Shown piece after piece: positions 15,720-23,292 of a DNA stretch of 24,000 nt. The position numbers were made by a program, and so were the translations under genes. The notes under the pieces are model-generated. The model did not search any database. It saw only the letters and a program-made list of their open reading frames with translations, and was not told the origin of the DNA. The stretch lies in the NCBI GenBank assembly GCA_934757865.1, contig CAKVLS010000001.1:243545-267544 (forward strand), read 5' to 3'. Positions within the stretch are counted from its first letter, which is position 1. The number at the start of each line of letters is the position of its first letter. This DNA comes from an uncultured Clostridia bacterium. Its GTDB lineage: Bacteria; Bacillota; Clostridia; Christensenellales; UBA1242.

Positions 15720-17420
15720 ATGTTAAGTTATCTAAAAATAAATAATGTAGCTTTGATTGATAGTCTTACGATTAACTTTTGTGATGGCTTTAATGTTTTG
15801 ACCGGCGAAACAGGTGCTGGTAAAAGTATTATTGTTGATTCCCTAACTTTTGTTTTGGGCGGAAAAGTTAACAAAAATCTTATCAGGTCTGGACAATCTC
15901 AAATGAGAGTCGAGGCTATGTTTGACGGTCCTTTTGACAAGAAGATAACTGACATTTTGGCAGAATATGATATAGAAGAAGATGGCGAGCTTTTGATAAC
16001 TAGGTCTTATACAGAAAATGGCAAAAACGATATAAAAGTTAACGGCAGCACCATTACAACAACTATGCTAAAACCTATAACCTCAGCCTTAGTAGATATT
16101 TTGGGTCAACACGAGCACCAGTCTATTTTGAAAGAGAAATTCCAACTAGATATAATAGATATATTGGGCGGAACAGATATAAGCTTGCTAAAAGTAAATG
16201 TAAGTGACCTTTATACAAAACTTCAAAATATCAATAGAGAGATAGAATCTCTAGGTAGTGATGCTCACAGTAGAGAGCGTATGATGGACCTTCTACAATA
16301 TCAAATAAAAGAAATAGAAACCTTTGGGCTAAAAGAAGGCGAAGAAGAAGAACTTACTAATGAAAGGCTAAAAAGTCTAAACGGCGAAAAGATAACAACA
16401 GGTCTTAACCTTGCTTGTAACGAATTATCTAACGCTAATTACAGCGTTTGTGATGGCATCAAAAAGTCTATCTCAGCTCTAAATAGTATCGTAAAATATG
16501 ATGAGAGATTAGACAATATAATTGCTAGATTAGACTCGGCTAAGATAGAACTTCAAGATATAGCTGATACATTAGAGCAGTATAACGAAGAGTGCACTTT
16601 TGATGAGAGCTATTTTGAGAAAATAGACAAGAGGTTAGACGAACTAAAAAGCCTAAAGAAAAAGTATGGTTCAAGCTACGAAGAAATAATGCAGTTCCTA
16701 AATAGCGCAAAAACTGAGTTTGACAATTTGGTTAATAGCGAAGGTAGACTAAGAGAGCTGAATGACGAAAAGGCACAAGTTGTAACAGAGTTATACAAAG
16801 ACTCTGTTAAACTATCAAATGCAAGAAAATTGACAGCCAAAAAGTTTGAGTTCCTTGTAAAAGGACAGCTTGATGACCTTGGTATGAAAAATGCTAATTT
16901 CCAAATTGACTTTGAGCCATTTGGCGATAAAGACGAGGTTAAGTATACATCTAACGGACTTGATAAAGTTACATATATGTTCACCGCCAATGTAGGTCAG
17001 CCGTTGAAATCTCTATCTGAAATTATCTCTGGTGGTGAGATGAGCAGATTTATGCTAGGACTAAAAAATATACTAGCTGATATAGATGATATCGGCACTA
17101 TGGTATTTGACGAAATTGACACCGGTATTAGCGGTAATATCGGTTATGTTATAGCTTGCATGATGGCTAACATCTCTCACAAGCACCAAGTTATAGCTAT
17201 ATCTCATTTACCTCAAATAGCTGCTATGGCAGATAAAAACTTCTTTATAGAAAAAACCATAGTTAATGTCGACACTGTAACTAGTCTAAAAGAGCTTGAC
17301 GAGGCTGGCGTTCTTACAGAAGTTTCTAGACTATCTGGTGGACAGAGCGGAAGTCTTGTTTCTCTAGACCATGCAAAAGAGCTAAGAGATACTTGTAACA
17401 ATTATAAAAAAAGTATTTAG
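15720..17420 (+). CDS. recN: DNA repair protein RecN
   Basis: The track ORF starts at TTG 15660, inside the argR terminator. ATG 15720 is preferred because AGGTGG lies upstream and the canonical N-terminus MLSYLKINNVALIDSL begins there. Contains Walker A (GETGAGKS), a long coiled coil and the SMC signature (SGGEMSR) with Walker B (MVFDEIDTG). Confidence 0.9.
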   Translation: MLSYLKINNVALIDSLTINFCDGFNVLTGETGAGKSIIVDSLTFVLGGKVNKNLIRSGQSQMRVEAMFDGPFDKKITDILAEYDIEEDGELLITRSYTENGKNDIKVNGSTITTTMLKPITSALVDILGQHEHQSILKEKFQLDIIDILGGTDISLLKVNVSDLYTKLQNINREIESLGSDAHSRERMMDLLQYQIKEIETFGLKEGEEEELTNERLKSLNGEKITTGLNLACNELSNANYSVCDGIKKSISALNSIVKYDERLDNIIARLDSAKIELQDIADTLEQYNEECTFDESYFEKIDKRLDELKSLKKKYGSSYEEIMQFLNSAKTEFDNLVNSEGRLRELNDEKAQVVTELYKDSVKLSNARKLTAKKFEFLVKGQLDDLGMKNANFQIDFEPFGDKDEVKYTSNGLDKVTYMFTANVGQPLKSLSEIISGGEMSRFMLGLKNILADIDDIGTMVFDEIDTGISGNIGYVIACMMANISHKHQVIAISHLPQIAAMADKNFFIEKTIVNVDTVTSLKELDEAGVLTEVSRLSGGQSGSLVSLDHAKELRDTCNNYKKSI

Positions 17421-17442
17421 TACATAAATTACACATAAAAGC

Positions 17443-17475
17443 AAAAACTATCTTGTAAAAGGGATAGTTTTTTTT
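17443..17475 (+). terminator. Rho-independent terminator after recN, abutting the spoIVB start codon
   Basis: Stem AAAAACTATCTT (17443-17454) pairs with GGGATAGTTTTT (17461-17472), with two G-U pairs. The loop is GTAAAA and the T-run continues to 17475. The ATG of spoIVB is at 17476. Confidence 0.7.
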
Positions 17476-18696
17476 ATGAAGAAAAGAAGTTTGTTGTTAG
17501 TGACATTTACTATATTCTTAATACTAGGAATTATGGTATTTGTTCCTTTATATAATCTATCATCGCTTCCAGAAAGCATTGTTGTTTTTGGTTCAGATAT
17601 TGATGATATGAGAAACTCTAATGCTTTTGGCAACTTTGTCAAAGCGGAAATTGCAGACACCGATGTCCTAGCTGACAGCTCAAATAAGAACCCCAACACT
17701 TACATAGACTTTAAGTTATTTGACCTAATACCTATCAAAAGGCAAAAGGTTCAAATAATAAATGACGATGAGGTCTTGAGCGGTGGTGTTCCTATTGGAC
17801 TTGCGCTTAAGGCAAATGGTGCATTAGTTATAGGCAGCAGCAGTGTTAAGACAGAGGACGGTGACTATGATATAGCTACTATTGGTAGTCTTAAAGTAGG
17901 AGATTTGATAACAAAAATTGACGACAAAACGGTTATGAACACAACGGATATCTCAAATTATCTCAACACCAAGGAAAATCAAGAAGACATAGTTAAATTA
18001 ACATATATAAGAAATGAAAAAGAAAATACTATAGAAATTAAACCTGTAAAGGACATACTGACCGACAAGTATAGACTTGGAGTGTGGGTTAGAGATGACG
18101 CTTCTGGTATTGGTACTTTGACCTATGTTAAGGGTAACAACAGATTTGGTGCTTTGGGGCATCCTTTGTGCGATGCAGATGCTAAGAGTATTGTTTCTGT
18201 AAGGTCGGGCAAAGTATATAATTGTTCAGTCTTAGGTGTCAACAAAGGTAAGTCTGGCTCTCCGGGAGAACTTAGAGGTATGTTTTTGCACGGCAAAAGC
18301 GAGCAAGGGTATATAGATAAAAATAACGAGTATGGCATTTTTGGTGAGCTGAAAGAAGACTCTAATTTATTCCAAAAACTAGACAAGGTCAAAGTAGGAG
18401 GAAGATTCTCTGTTAAGCCTGGCAAAGCAAAAATCAAATGCTCTATAGATGGCAATATAAAATTGTATGATATAGAGATAATTAAGACTAATTATAAAAA
18501 TTATAACAATGATAAAAGTATGGTAATAAGGGTAGTGGATAAGGAACTCCTTGCCAAAACTGGTGGCATTGTACAAGGTATGAGTGGTAGTCCTATCATC
18601 CAAAATGGCAAAATAGTAGGTGCCGTAACGCATGTTTTTGTTAACGATCCAACCAAAGGTTTTGGCGTTTATCTTGATTTTATGCTTAACGAATAA
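17476..18696 (+). CDS. spoIVB: SpoIVB signalling serine peptidase (S55) with PDZ domain
   Basis: 406 aa with an N-terminal TM anchor. A PDZ-like region (GDLITKIDDKTV) and the highly conserved catalytic C-terminus (GIVQGMSGSPIIQNGKIVGAVTHVFVNDPTKGFGVYLDFML). Canonical position between recN and spo0A. Confidence 0.9.
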   Translation: MKKRSLLLVTFTIFLILGIMVFVPLYNLSSLPESIVVFGSDIDDMRNSNAFGNFVKAEIADTDVLADSSNKNPNTYIDFKLFDLIPIKRQKVQIINDDEVLSGGVPIGLALKANGALVIGSSSVKTEDGDYDIATIGSLKVGDLITKIDDKTVMNTTDISNYLNTKENQEDIVKLTYIRNEKENTIEIKPVKDILTDKYRLGVWVRDDASGIGTLTYVKGNNRFGALGHPLCDADAKSIVSVRSGKVYNCSVLGVNKGKSGSPGELRGMFLHGKSEQGYIDKNNEYGIFGELKEDSNLFQKLDKVKVGGRFSVKPGKAKIKCSIDGNIKLYDIEIIKTNYKNYNNDKSMVIRVVDKELLAKTGGIVQGMSGSPIIQNGKIVGAVTHVFVNDPTKGFGVYLDFMLNE

Positions 18697-18711
18697 GGCT
18701 ATTTGACATAA

Positions 18712-18718
18712 TTCGACA
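18712..18718 (-). promoter_or_regulatory. Perfect 0A box (TGTCGAA on the minus strand) upstream of the spo0A-like gene
   Basis: TTCGACA at 18712-18718 is the reverse complement of the Spo0A recognition heptamer TGTCGAA. It is adjacent to TTGACA (18703-18708) and overlaps an 8-bp inverted repeat, ACAATATT/AATATTGT (18716-18737). Confidence 0.45.
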
Positions 18719-18767
18719 ATATTTTTAATAATATTGTAAAAAAACATTAAATAATATTCAAAAATGC

Positions 18768-18796
18768 TTGATTTATATTAAAAATAGTAATATTAT
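18768..18796 (+). promoter_or_regulatory. Candidate sigma-A promoter of the spo0A-like gene
   Basis: TTGATT (18768-18773), 17-nt spacer, TATTAT (18791-18796). Confidence 0.4.
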
Positions 18797-18824
18797 GTCT
18801 ATGTAACAACAAAAGAGGGAAAAC

Positions 18825-19526
18825 ATGTACACAGCATACTATTACACAAAAGAGAATAACGAGACTACCGAAACAGTTGAGTATTTGGCTAAAAAATATT
18901 GTCTTAAACTAGAAAGAATTACAGACCTTAGACAAATGATTTTGCGTGGTTCTGATTTGACTAAATATTCTTTGATAGTAGATACTACTAATGTTAATAT
19001 TAGCGATGATCTAATTGATTATATGATTAACTGTGGCGGAAATTCTAAGCTTATGGGTATAATATTGATTGGGGACAAGGATTATACCTGCAAAGTTGCT
19101 GATAACTTACATGTTTATGTTGTTCATATTGGGGAAGGGTTCGGGGCAGAACTTGTTGATAAGTCTTATAGACTCAAAGACAACGATGCGGTAAAAATGC
19201 TTACAGATAGCTTGAGCGAAAAAGTAGATGATATCTTGCTATCTGCCAAGGTTACCCCAAAGTATTTAGGTTATGGATTTTTGAAAGATGCAATTATTTA
19301 TTGTCTAGCTGGTAATGGCAGTGTAGAGAAGTTAAGTAATGTTGTTTATCCTTATATCGCTGGCAAAAATGGAACAAAAGCTAGCAGTGTTGAGAGAAAT
19401 ATAAGAATAGCTATAGAAGTGGCTTGGAGAGGAACAAACACTTCTTTTGGATTTGAAGAAAAACCATCTAATAAAGCATTTATTGCTTTTGTCGTTAATG
19501 ATATAAAAAGATTAGCTAACAAGTAA
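18825..19526 (+). CDS. spo0A: Spo0A-like sporulation master regulator with a degenerate (pseudo-)receiver domain
   Basis: 233 aa with an AGAGGGA RBS. An in-frame TAA at 18804-18806 excludes a longer N-terminus. The C-terminal half matches the Spo0A DNA-binding domain (KYLGYGFLKDAI..., TKASSVERNIRIAIEVAW, KPSNKAFIAFVVNDI). The N-terminal ~125 aa has the alternating beta/alpha receiver pattern but lacks the acidic pair, the conserved Thr/Ser and the conserved Lys. Position downstream of spoIVB is canonical. Confidence 0.8.
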   Translation: MYTAYYYTKENNETTETVEYLAKKYCLKLERITDLRQMILRGSDLTKYSLIVDTTNVNISDDLIDYMINCGGNSKLMGIILIGDKDYTCKVADNLHVYVVHIGEGFGAELVDKSYRLKDNDAVKMLTDSLSEKVDDILLSAKVTPKYLGYGFLKDAIIYCLAGNGSVEKLSNVVYPYIAGKNGTKASSVERNIRIAIEVAWRGTNTSFGFEEKPSNKAFIAFVVNDIKRLANK

Positions 19527-19557
19527 TTTTTTGTAAATATTTTGCATATTTTGTTAT

Positions 19558-20181
19558 ATGGATTGCAAATATTATAATAGTGCCTATATACTAAAACAAA
19601 AAGCCAAAAGGTATGTATCTTTTAACAAGTACTTACTAATGTTTTTGGCTTTTATTTTTTTGATAGCGATGGTAACTGGTATATTTGTAGGAATAAAAGG
19701 TTCTGACAATATCTCTATATCTAATATAAATGATAAGACTCTTGTCAAATTCTTTAAGGGAGATATGGGACCCTTTGCGTTCTTTATAACGAGAATTACC
19801 AAATACTTTTTTGTGCTTACTATAATATTCCTTTTGGGTAAGACAAAATTTTGTTTTCCTATCATAAGCATCTTTTTGGCGTTTATGTCATATAGCTTGG
19901 GGCTTAACTCTTCTGTCTTTATCATACTGTTTGGCATAGGCGGAACAATTAACGCTATAATTGTTATAATACCTATAAGAGTTGTAGTTTTAGCGGTATA
20001 CATTATCGCCTCATGCCTTGCGATAAAGAGTAGTAGTTATATCAAAAAGTACGGAACATGTTACTCACACCCTAAGGCATACCTTAGATGGGGCTGGTTT
20101 TTGGCGGTACTTGCAGTTGTTACTATACTAGAAACGATTTTGATAAATATGTTTAGTAGTGCATTTATCTTTGATTTTTAA
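19558..20181 (+). CDS. Polytopic membrane protein, SpoIIM-like (stage II sporulation protein M family candidate)
   Basis: 207 aa. Cytoplasmic N-terminus, one TM helix, a short loop, then 3-4 further TM helices, the same layout as SpoIIM. Gene order (this ORF, a PNP-family gene, a DD-carboxypeptidase) echoes B. subtilis spoIIM...punA-dacF. There is no clear Shine-Dalgarno. Confidence 0.45.
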   Translation: MDCKYYNSAYILKQKAKRYVSFNKYLLMFLAFIFLIAMVTGIFVGIKGSDNISISNINDKTLVKFFKGDMGPFAFFITRITKYFFVLTIIFLLGKTKFCFPIISIFLAFMSYSLGLNSSVFIILFGIGGTINAIIVIIPIRVVVLAVYIIASCLAIKSSSYIKKYGTCYSHPKAYLRWGWFLAVLAVVTILETILINMFSSAFIFDF

Positions 20182-20241
20182 TAGTCAAATAAAAAATTGT
20201 GTGTTATAATCAAAATATAGTAACAAAAGAGGTGTTTGTTG

Positions 20242-21048
20242 ATGGTAAAAGTAAATACTATCATTGATTATGTAAGAACAAAGACCGATATGGTTCCGGA
20301 GATTGCACTTATAGTAACCAATGGATTTAAGAATATTGAAAAAATAATTGAAAACAAAGTTGTTATCAACCTAACTGATATCAAAGGTATAACAGTTTTA
20401 GGCAAAGATAAAAAGAATAAGCTTGTCTTTGGCAGAATTTCTGGCCGTAATGTTGTAGTGCTTATTGGCAGAATGCATTCTTATTTTGGCTACACACCAC
20501 AAGATTATGCTTGCGTTGTGTTTGCTATGAAAGAGCTTGGTTGCAAAAAGTTAATTTGCTCAACAGGTGTTGGAGCTATCTCAAAGAATTATAAAGTTGG
20601 AGACTTGTTTATAGCCAATGACTATATTAACTTTTCAGGCAATAGCCCTCTTATTGGTTTAAGCGAAGATACTTATGGTAGTAAGTATTTTGATATCAGC
20701 GTACCATACAGTGCAGAGCTAAATAAAAAAGCTATGGAAGTTTCTAAAAAGCTTGGTATGAGAACTAGACAAGGCGTACTTATTGAGTTTAGCGGCCCTA
20801 ATAGCGAAACAGCTGCTGAGATAAGAATGGCTCATTTAGTTGGAGCAGATGCAGTAGGTTCTCATATTATCAAAGAAACTATTCTTGCTCGTTACTGTGG
20901 TCTAAAACCTATGAGTATTAATCTAGTAACTAACTATGCTAGCGGATATTCTTATTCAAAAGTAAAATATGAAGATATCCACTACAACCTAGATGTATCT
21001 AGCGATTACTTTAGCGAGTACATCACAGAGGTATTAAAGGTTATTTAA
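20242..21048 (+). CDS. Purine nucleoside phosphorylase family protein (PunA/PNP-I-like, divergent active-site residues)
   Basis: ATG 20242 is preferred (AAGAGGTG 7 nt upstream) over track TTG 20236. It aligns by eye to trimeric PNPs (GRMHSYFGY, SGPNSETAAE, LVTNYASG), but GSG becomes TNG and VGMST becomes VGSHI. Confidence 0.65.
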   Translation: MVKVNTIIDYVRTKTDMVPEIALIVTNGFKNIEKIIENKVVINLTDIKGITVLGKDKKNKLVFGRISGRNVVVLIGRMHSYFGYTPQDYACVVFAMKELGCKKLICSTGVGAISKNYKVGDLFIANDYINFSGNSPLIGLSEDTYGSKYFDISVPYSAELNKKAMEVSKKLGMRTRQGVLIEFSGPNSETAAEIRMAHLVGADAVGSHIIKETILARYCGLKPMSINLVTNYASGYSYSKVKYEDIHYNLDVSSDYFSEYITEVLKVI

Positions 21049-21060
21049 TAAAACATTTTA

Positions 21061-21089
21061 AGGCATCTAAATATAGATGTCTTTTTTTT
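21061..21089 (+). terminator. Rho-independent terminator after the PNP-family gene
   Basis: Stem AGGCATCTA (21061-21069) pairs with TAGATGTCT (21074-21082). The loop is AATA and the U-tract runs to 21089. Confidence 0.8.
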
Positions 21090-21135
21090 GCATAAATTTT
21101 GATATTTGACAAAAACTAACTGCAAGGAGAATAAT

Positions 21136-22284
21136 ATGAAAAAGTTTTTTATTTTAGCTGTTTTAGTTTTTGCAGTGATATTCAGTTTTGGCGTTATGCC
21201 AGCGTATGCAGATACTGATTTGATAGACGGAAAAGCCTGTTGTCTTATAGATTTTAATACTGGTAAAGTTCTATATGAGCAACACAGTGATGACCAGTAT
21301 CCGGTAGCTAGTATTGTTAAGCTAATGACAATACTACTTACTACCGAGAATATAGAAAAGGGCAATATCAACCTTGAAGACAAAGTCATAGCTTCTAGTA
21401 CCGCAGCTGGTATGGGCGGCTCTCAAGTATTTATAGAAGAAAATGGTGAGTATGCTATCAAAGACCTTCTAAAAAGCGTAATCATGGCGTCAGCTAATGA
21501 TGCGAGTGTTTTACTAGCGGAGACTATCGCAGGGAGCGAAAGCAATTTTGTAACCCTAATGAACAATAGAGCACAAGAGCTAGGACTTGCCAATACTCAT
21601 TATGCTAACTCTACAGGACTTCCTGCGGCAGGACAATTTTCTTCTGCAAAAGACTGTGCAATTTTGCTAAGAGAAGTATCTAAACATGATATCTATCACA
21701 ACTATAGCAAAATCTGGATGGATACTCTAAGTCACCCAAAAGGCAGAGAAACAGAGCTTGTTAACACTAATAAACTAATTAGATATTATAAAGGCTGTAT
21801 CGGTGGTAAAACTGGTTCTACTGACGAGGCTGGTTATTGCTTGTCAGCTGTTGCTAAGCGTGGTGATATGAAGCTTATCGGCGTAGTATTAGGCACTAAG
21901 AGTAGTAAAGATAGATTTGGCCAAACTTCAAAACTTTTGGATTATGGTTTCAATAGTTATGAGAACAAAAAGATTGTAGCAAAGGGCGAAAAAATAGATA
22001 GTCAAATTAAAGTTAAATTTGGCAAAGAGTCTTATATAAATGGTATCTATGAAGATGACTTTTATGTAATTAGTAGCAAACTTGACAAGTCTAACATAAT
22101 GACAAATATAGAAGTTGAGCAAGAGCTAAAAGCTCCTATAAAAGCTTGTGACAAAATAGGTACAATATATATAACAAGAGATGGAGAAGTTATAGGTGAG
22201 GTTAACATACTAGCCGAAAGAGATGTGGACAAATTAACAACTATAGATAATATCTATAGAATTAGTGAAAACTTCTTTATTTAG
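21136..22284 (+). CDS. D-alanyl-D-alanine carboxypeptidase (PBP5 / DacB-DacF type, peptidase S11)
   Basis: ATG 21136 is preferred (AAGGAG upstream, and a signal peptide MKKFFILAVLVFAVIFSFGVMPAYA begins there) over track start 21106. Contains the SxxK (SIVK), SxN (SAN) and KTG (KTGST) motifs plus a C-terminal PBP5_C-like domain. Confidence 0.85.
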   Translation: MKKFFILAVLVFAVIFSFGVMPAYADTDLIDGKACCLIDFNTGKVLYEQHSDDQYPVASIVKLMTILLTTENIEKGNINLEDKVIASSTAAGMGGSQVFIEENGEYAIKDLLKSVIMASANDASVLLAETIAGSESNFVTLMNNRAQELGLANTHYANSTGLPAAGQFSSAKDCAILLREVSKHDIYHNYSKIWMDTLSHPKGRETELVNTNKLIRYYKGCIGGKTGSTDEAGYCLSAVAKRGDMKLIGVVLGTKSSKDRFGQTSKLLDYGFNSYENKKIVAKGEKIDSQIKVKFGKESYINGIYEDDFYVISSKLDKSNIMTNIEVEQELKAPIKACDKIGTIYITRDGEVIGEVNILAERDVDKLTTIDNIYRISENFFI

Positions 22285-22310
22285 AATTATTGAGAATATG
22301 AAGATATCAA

Positions 22311-22340
22311 AAACGCTAAATATTATATTTAGCGTTTTTT
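22311..22340 (+). terminator. Rho-independent terminator after the DD-carboxypeptidase gene
   Basis: Stem CGCTAAATA (22314-22322) pairs with TATTTAGCG (22326-22334). The 3-nt loop is TTA. An A-tract lies upstream and a U-tract runs to 22340. Confidence 0.8.
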
Positions 22341-22405
22341 CTTATGTTTATTACAATAAGGTAGGTTATAGGTGTATATTTTGGCATATTTCGTGCCAGT
22401 TTTTA

Positions 22406-22443
22406 GTATATTGACAGTCTCAAACTTGCATAGTACTATGCAA
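22406..22443 (+). promoter_or_regulatory. Promoter/operator region upstream of the M50 protease gene containing palindrome copy 2
   Basis: Perfect 18-bp palindrome TTGCATAGTACTATGCAA (22426-22443). It overlaps two promoter readings. The sigma-A-like reading is TTGACA (22411-22416), 17 nt, TACTAT (22434-22439). The forespore (sigma-G/F)-like reading is GTATA (22406-22410), 18 nt, CATAGTA (22429-22435). Confidence 0.4.
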
Positions 22444-22544
22444 ACTTTTTAATAAAAAACTTCGCAAATATATTATATTTGCACAAAGTGTTTGCTTATT
22501 TTCATAATTTAGATTATACTAGACAAGTAATAATTGGAGATATT

Positions 22545-23288
22545 ATGTTATTAGAGTTAATTAGTCAGGATTACGACTTTGAGAGTAAGGTAATAATATT
22601 CTTCACATTTTTGATAGCACTTGTTGTGTCTATGACAATACATGAGTTTGCTCATGCCTTTACGGCGATAAAATGCGGAGACCCAACACCTAAGTCTTTT
22701 GGGCGTAACACACTTAATCCACTTGCTCACATAGAGCCTCTTGGATTTATATCGTTTTTGCTTTTAGGTTTCGGTTGGGCTAAACCTGTACCTATCAATA
22801 CACTTAATTTTAGACATTACAAGAGAGATACATTTCTTGTTAGTGTAATGGGTGTTGTTAGCAATATAGTTCTAGCATTTTTATTCATGCCACTTGTTAT
22901 GCTTGTAGTTGTTAATGTATCTAGTTTTGCAAGCTACACATTGTTCCGTATTTTGCTATATCTTACAATTTATTTTGTAACTATCAATGTAGTTATGTTT
23001 GTTTTTAACTTGTTCCCAATTTATCCTCTAGATGGCTTCAACGCAATGTCAGCTTATATGAGATATGAGAACAAATTTGTTGTATTTATGCGTAAATACG
23101 GCACAGCTATTTTGCTTGCACTTCTTATTGTTTTTGATGTTGTTTACAACATTTGGGAAATTGATATTTTGAGTTATATTTGTTTCTATGTTTCTTGGCC
23201 ACTTACAAAATTCTGGTCTTGGGTATTTGGATATGGCGCTCTAAATTTCAATTATCTTGGACTTGTATTATTTGGTATCGTGGGGTAG
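22545..23288 (+). CDS. Site-2 protease family zinc metalloprotease (peptidase M50)
   Basis: ATG 22545 (GGAGA 6 nt upstream) is preferred over track start 22479. Contains HEFAH (the HExxH motif) in the first TM region and NLFPIYPLDG (NxxPxxxLDG motif). Polytopic membrane protein. Confidence 0.8.
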   Translation: MLLELISQDYDFESKVIIFFTFLIALVVSMTIHEFAHAFTAIKCGDPTPKSFGRNTLNPLAHIEPLGFISFLLLGFGWAKPVPINTLNFRHYKRDTFLVSVMGVVSNIVLAFLFMPLVMLVVVNVSSFASYTLFRILLYLTIYFVTINVVMFVFNLFPIYPLDGFNAMSAYMRYENKFVVFMRKYGTAILLALLIVFDVVYNIWEIDILSYICFYVSWPLTKFWSWVFGYGALNFNYLGLVLFGIVG

Positions 23289-23292
23289 ATTT

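Noticed and set aside
17413-17440. Forespore-type promoter for spoIVB in the recN 3' end (GTATT ... CATAAAA)
   Set aside because: Both elements deviate from the sigma-F/G consensus at key positions and the spacer is 16 nt. A transcript started there would begin inside the terminator stem. This is not supportable from sequence alone.
22382-22397. Sigma-54-like element TGGCATATTTCGTGCC (GG-N10-GC spacing)
   Set aside because: It matches only part of the TGGCACG-N4-TTGCW consensus; the -12 element reads GTGCC rather than TTGCA. No enhancer-binding protein gene is in the window. The similar TGGCAT at 5943-5948 has the wrong spacing (11 nt).
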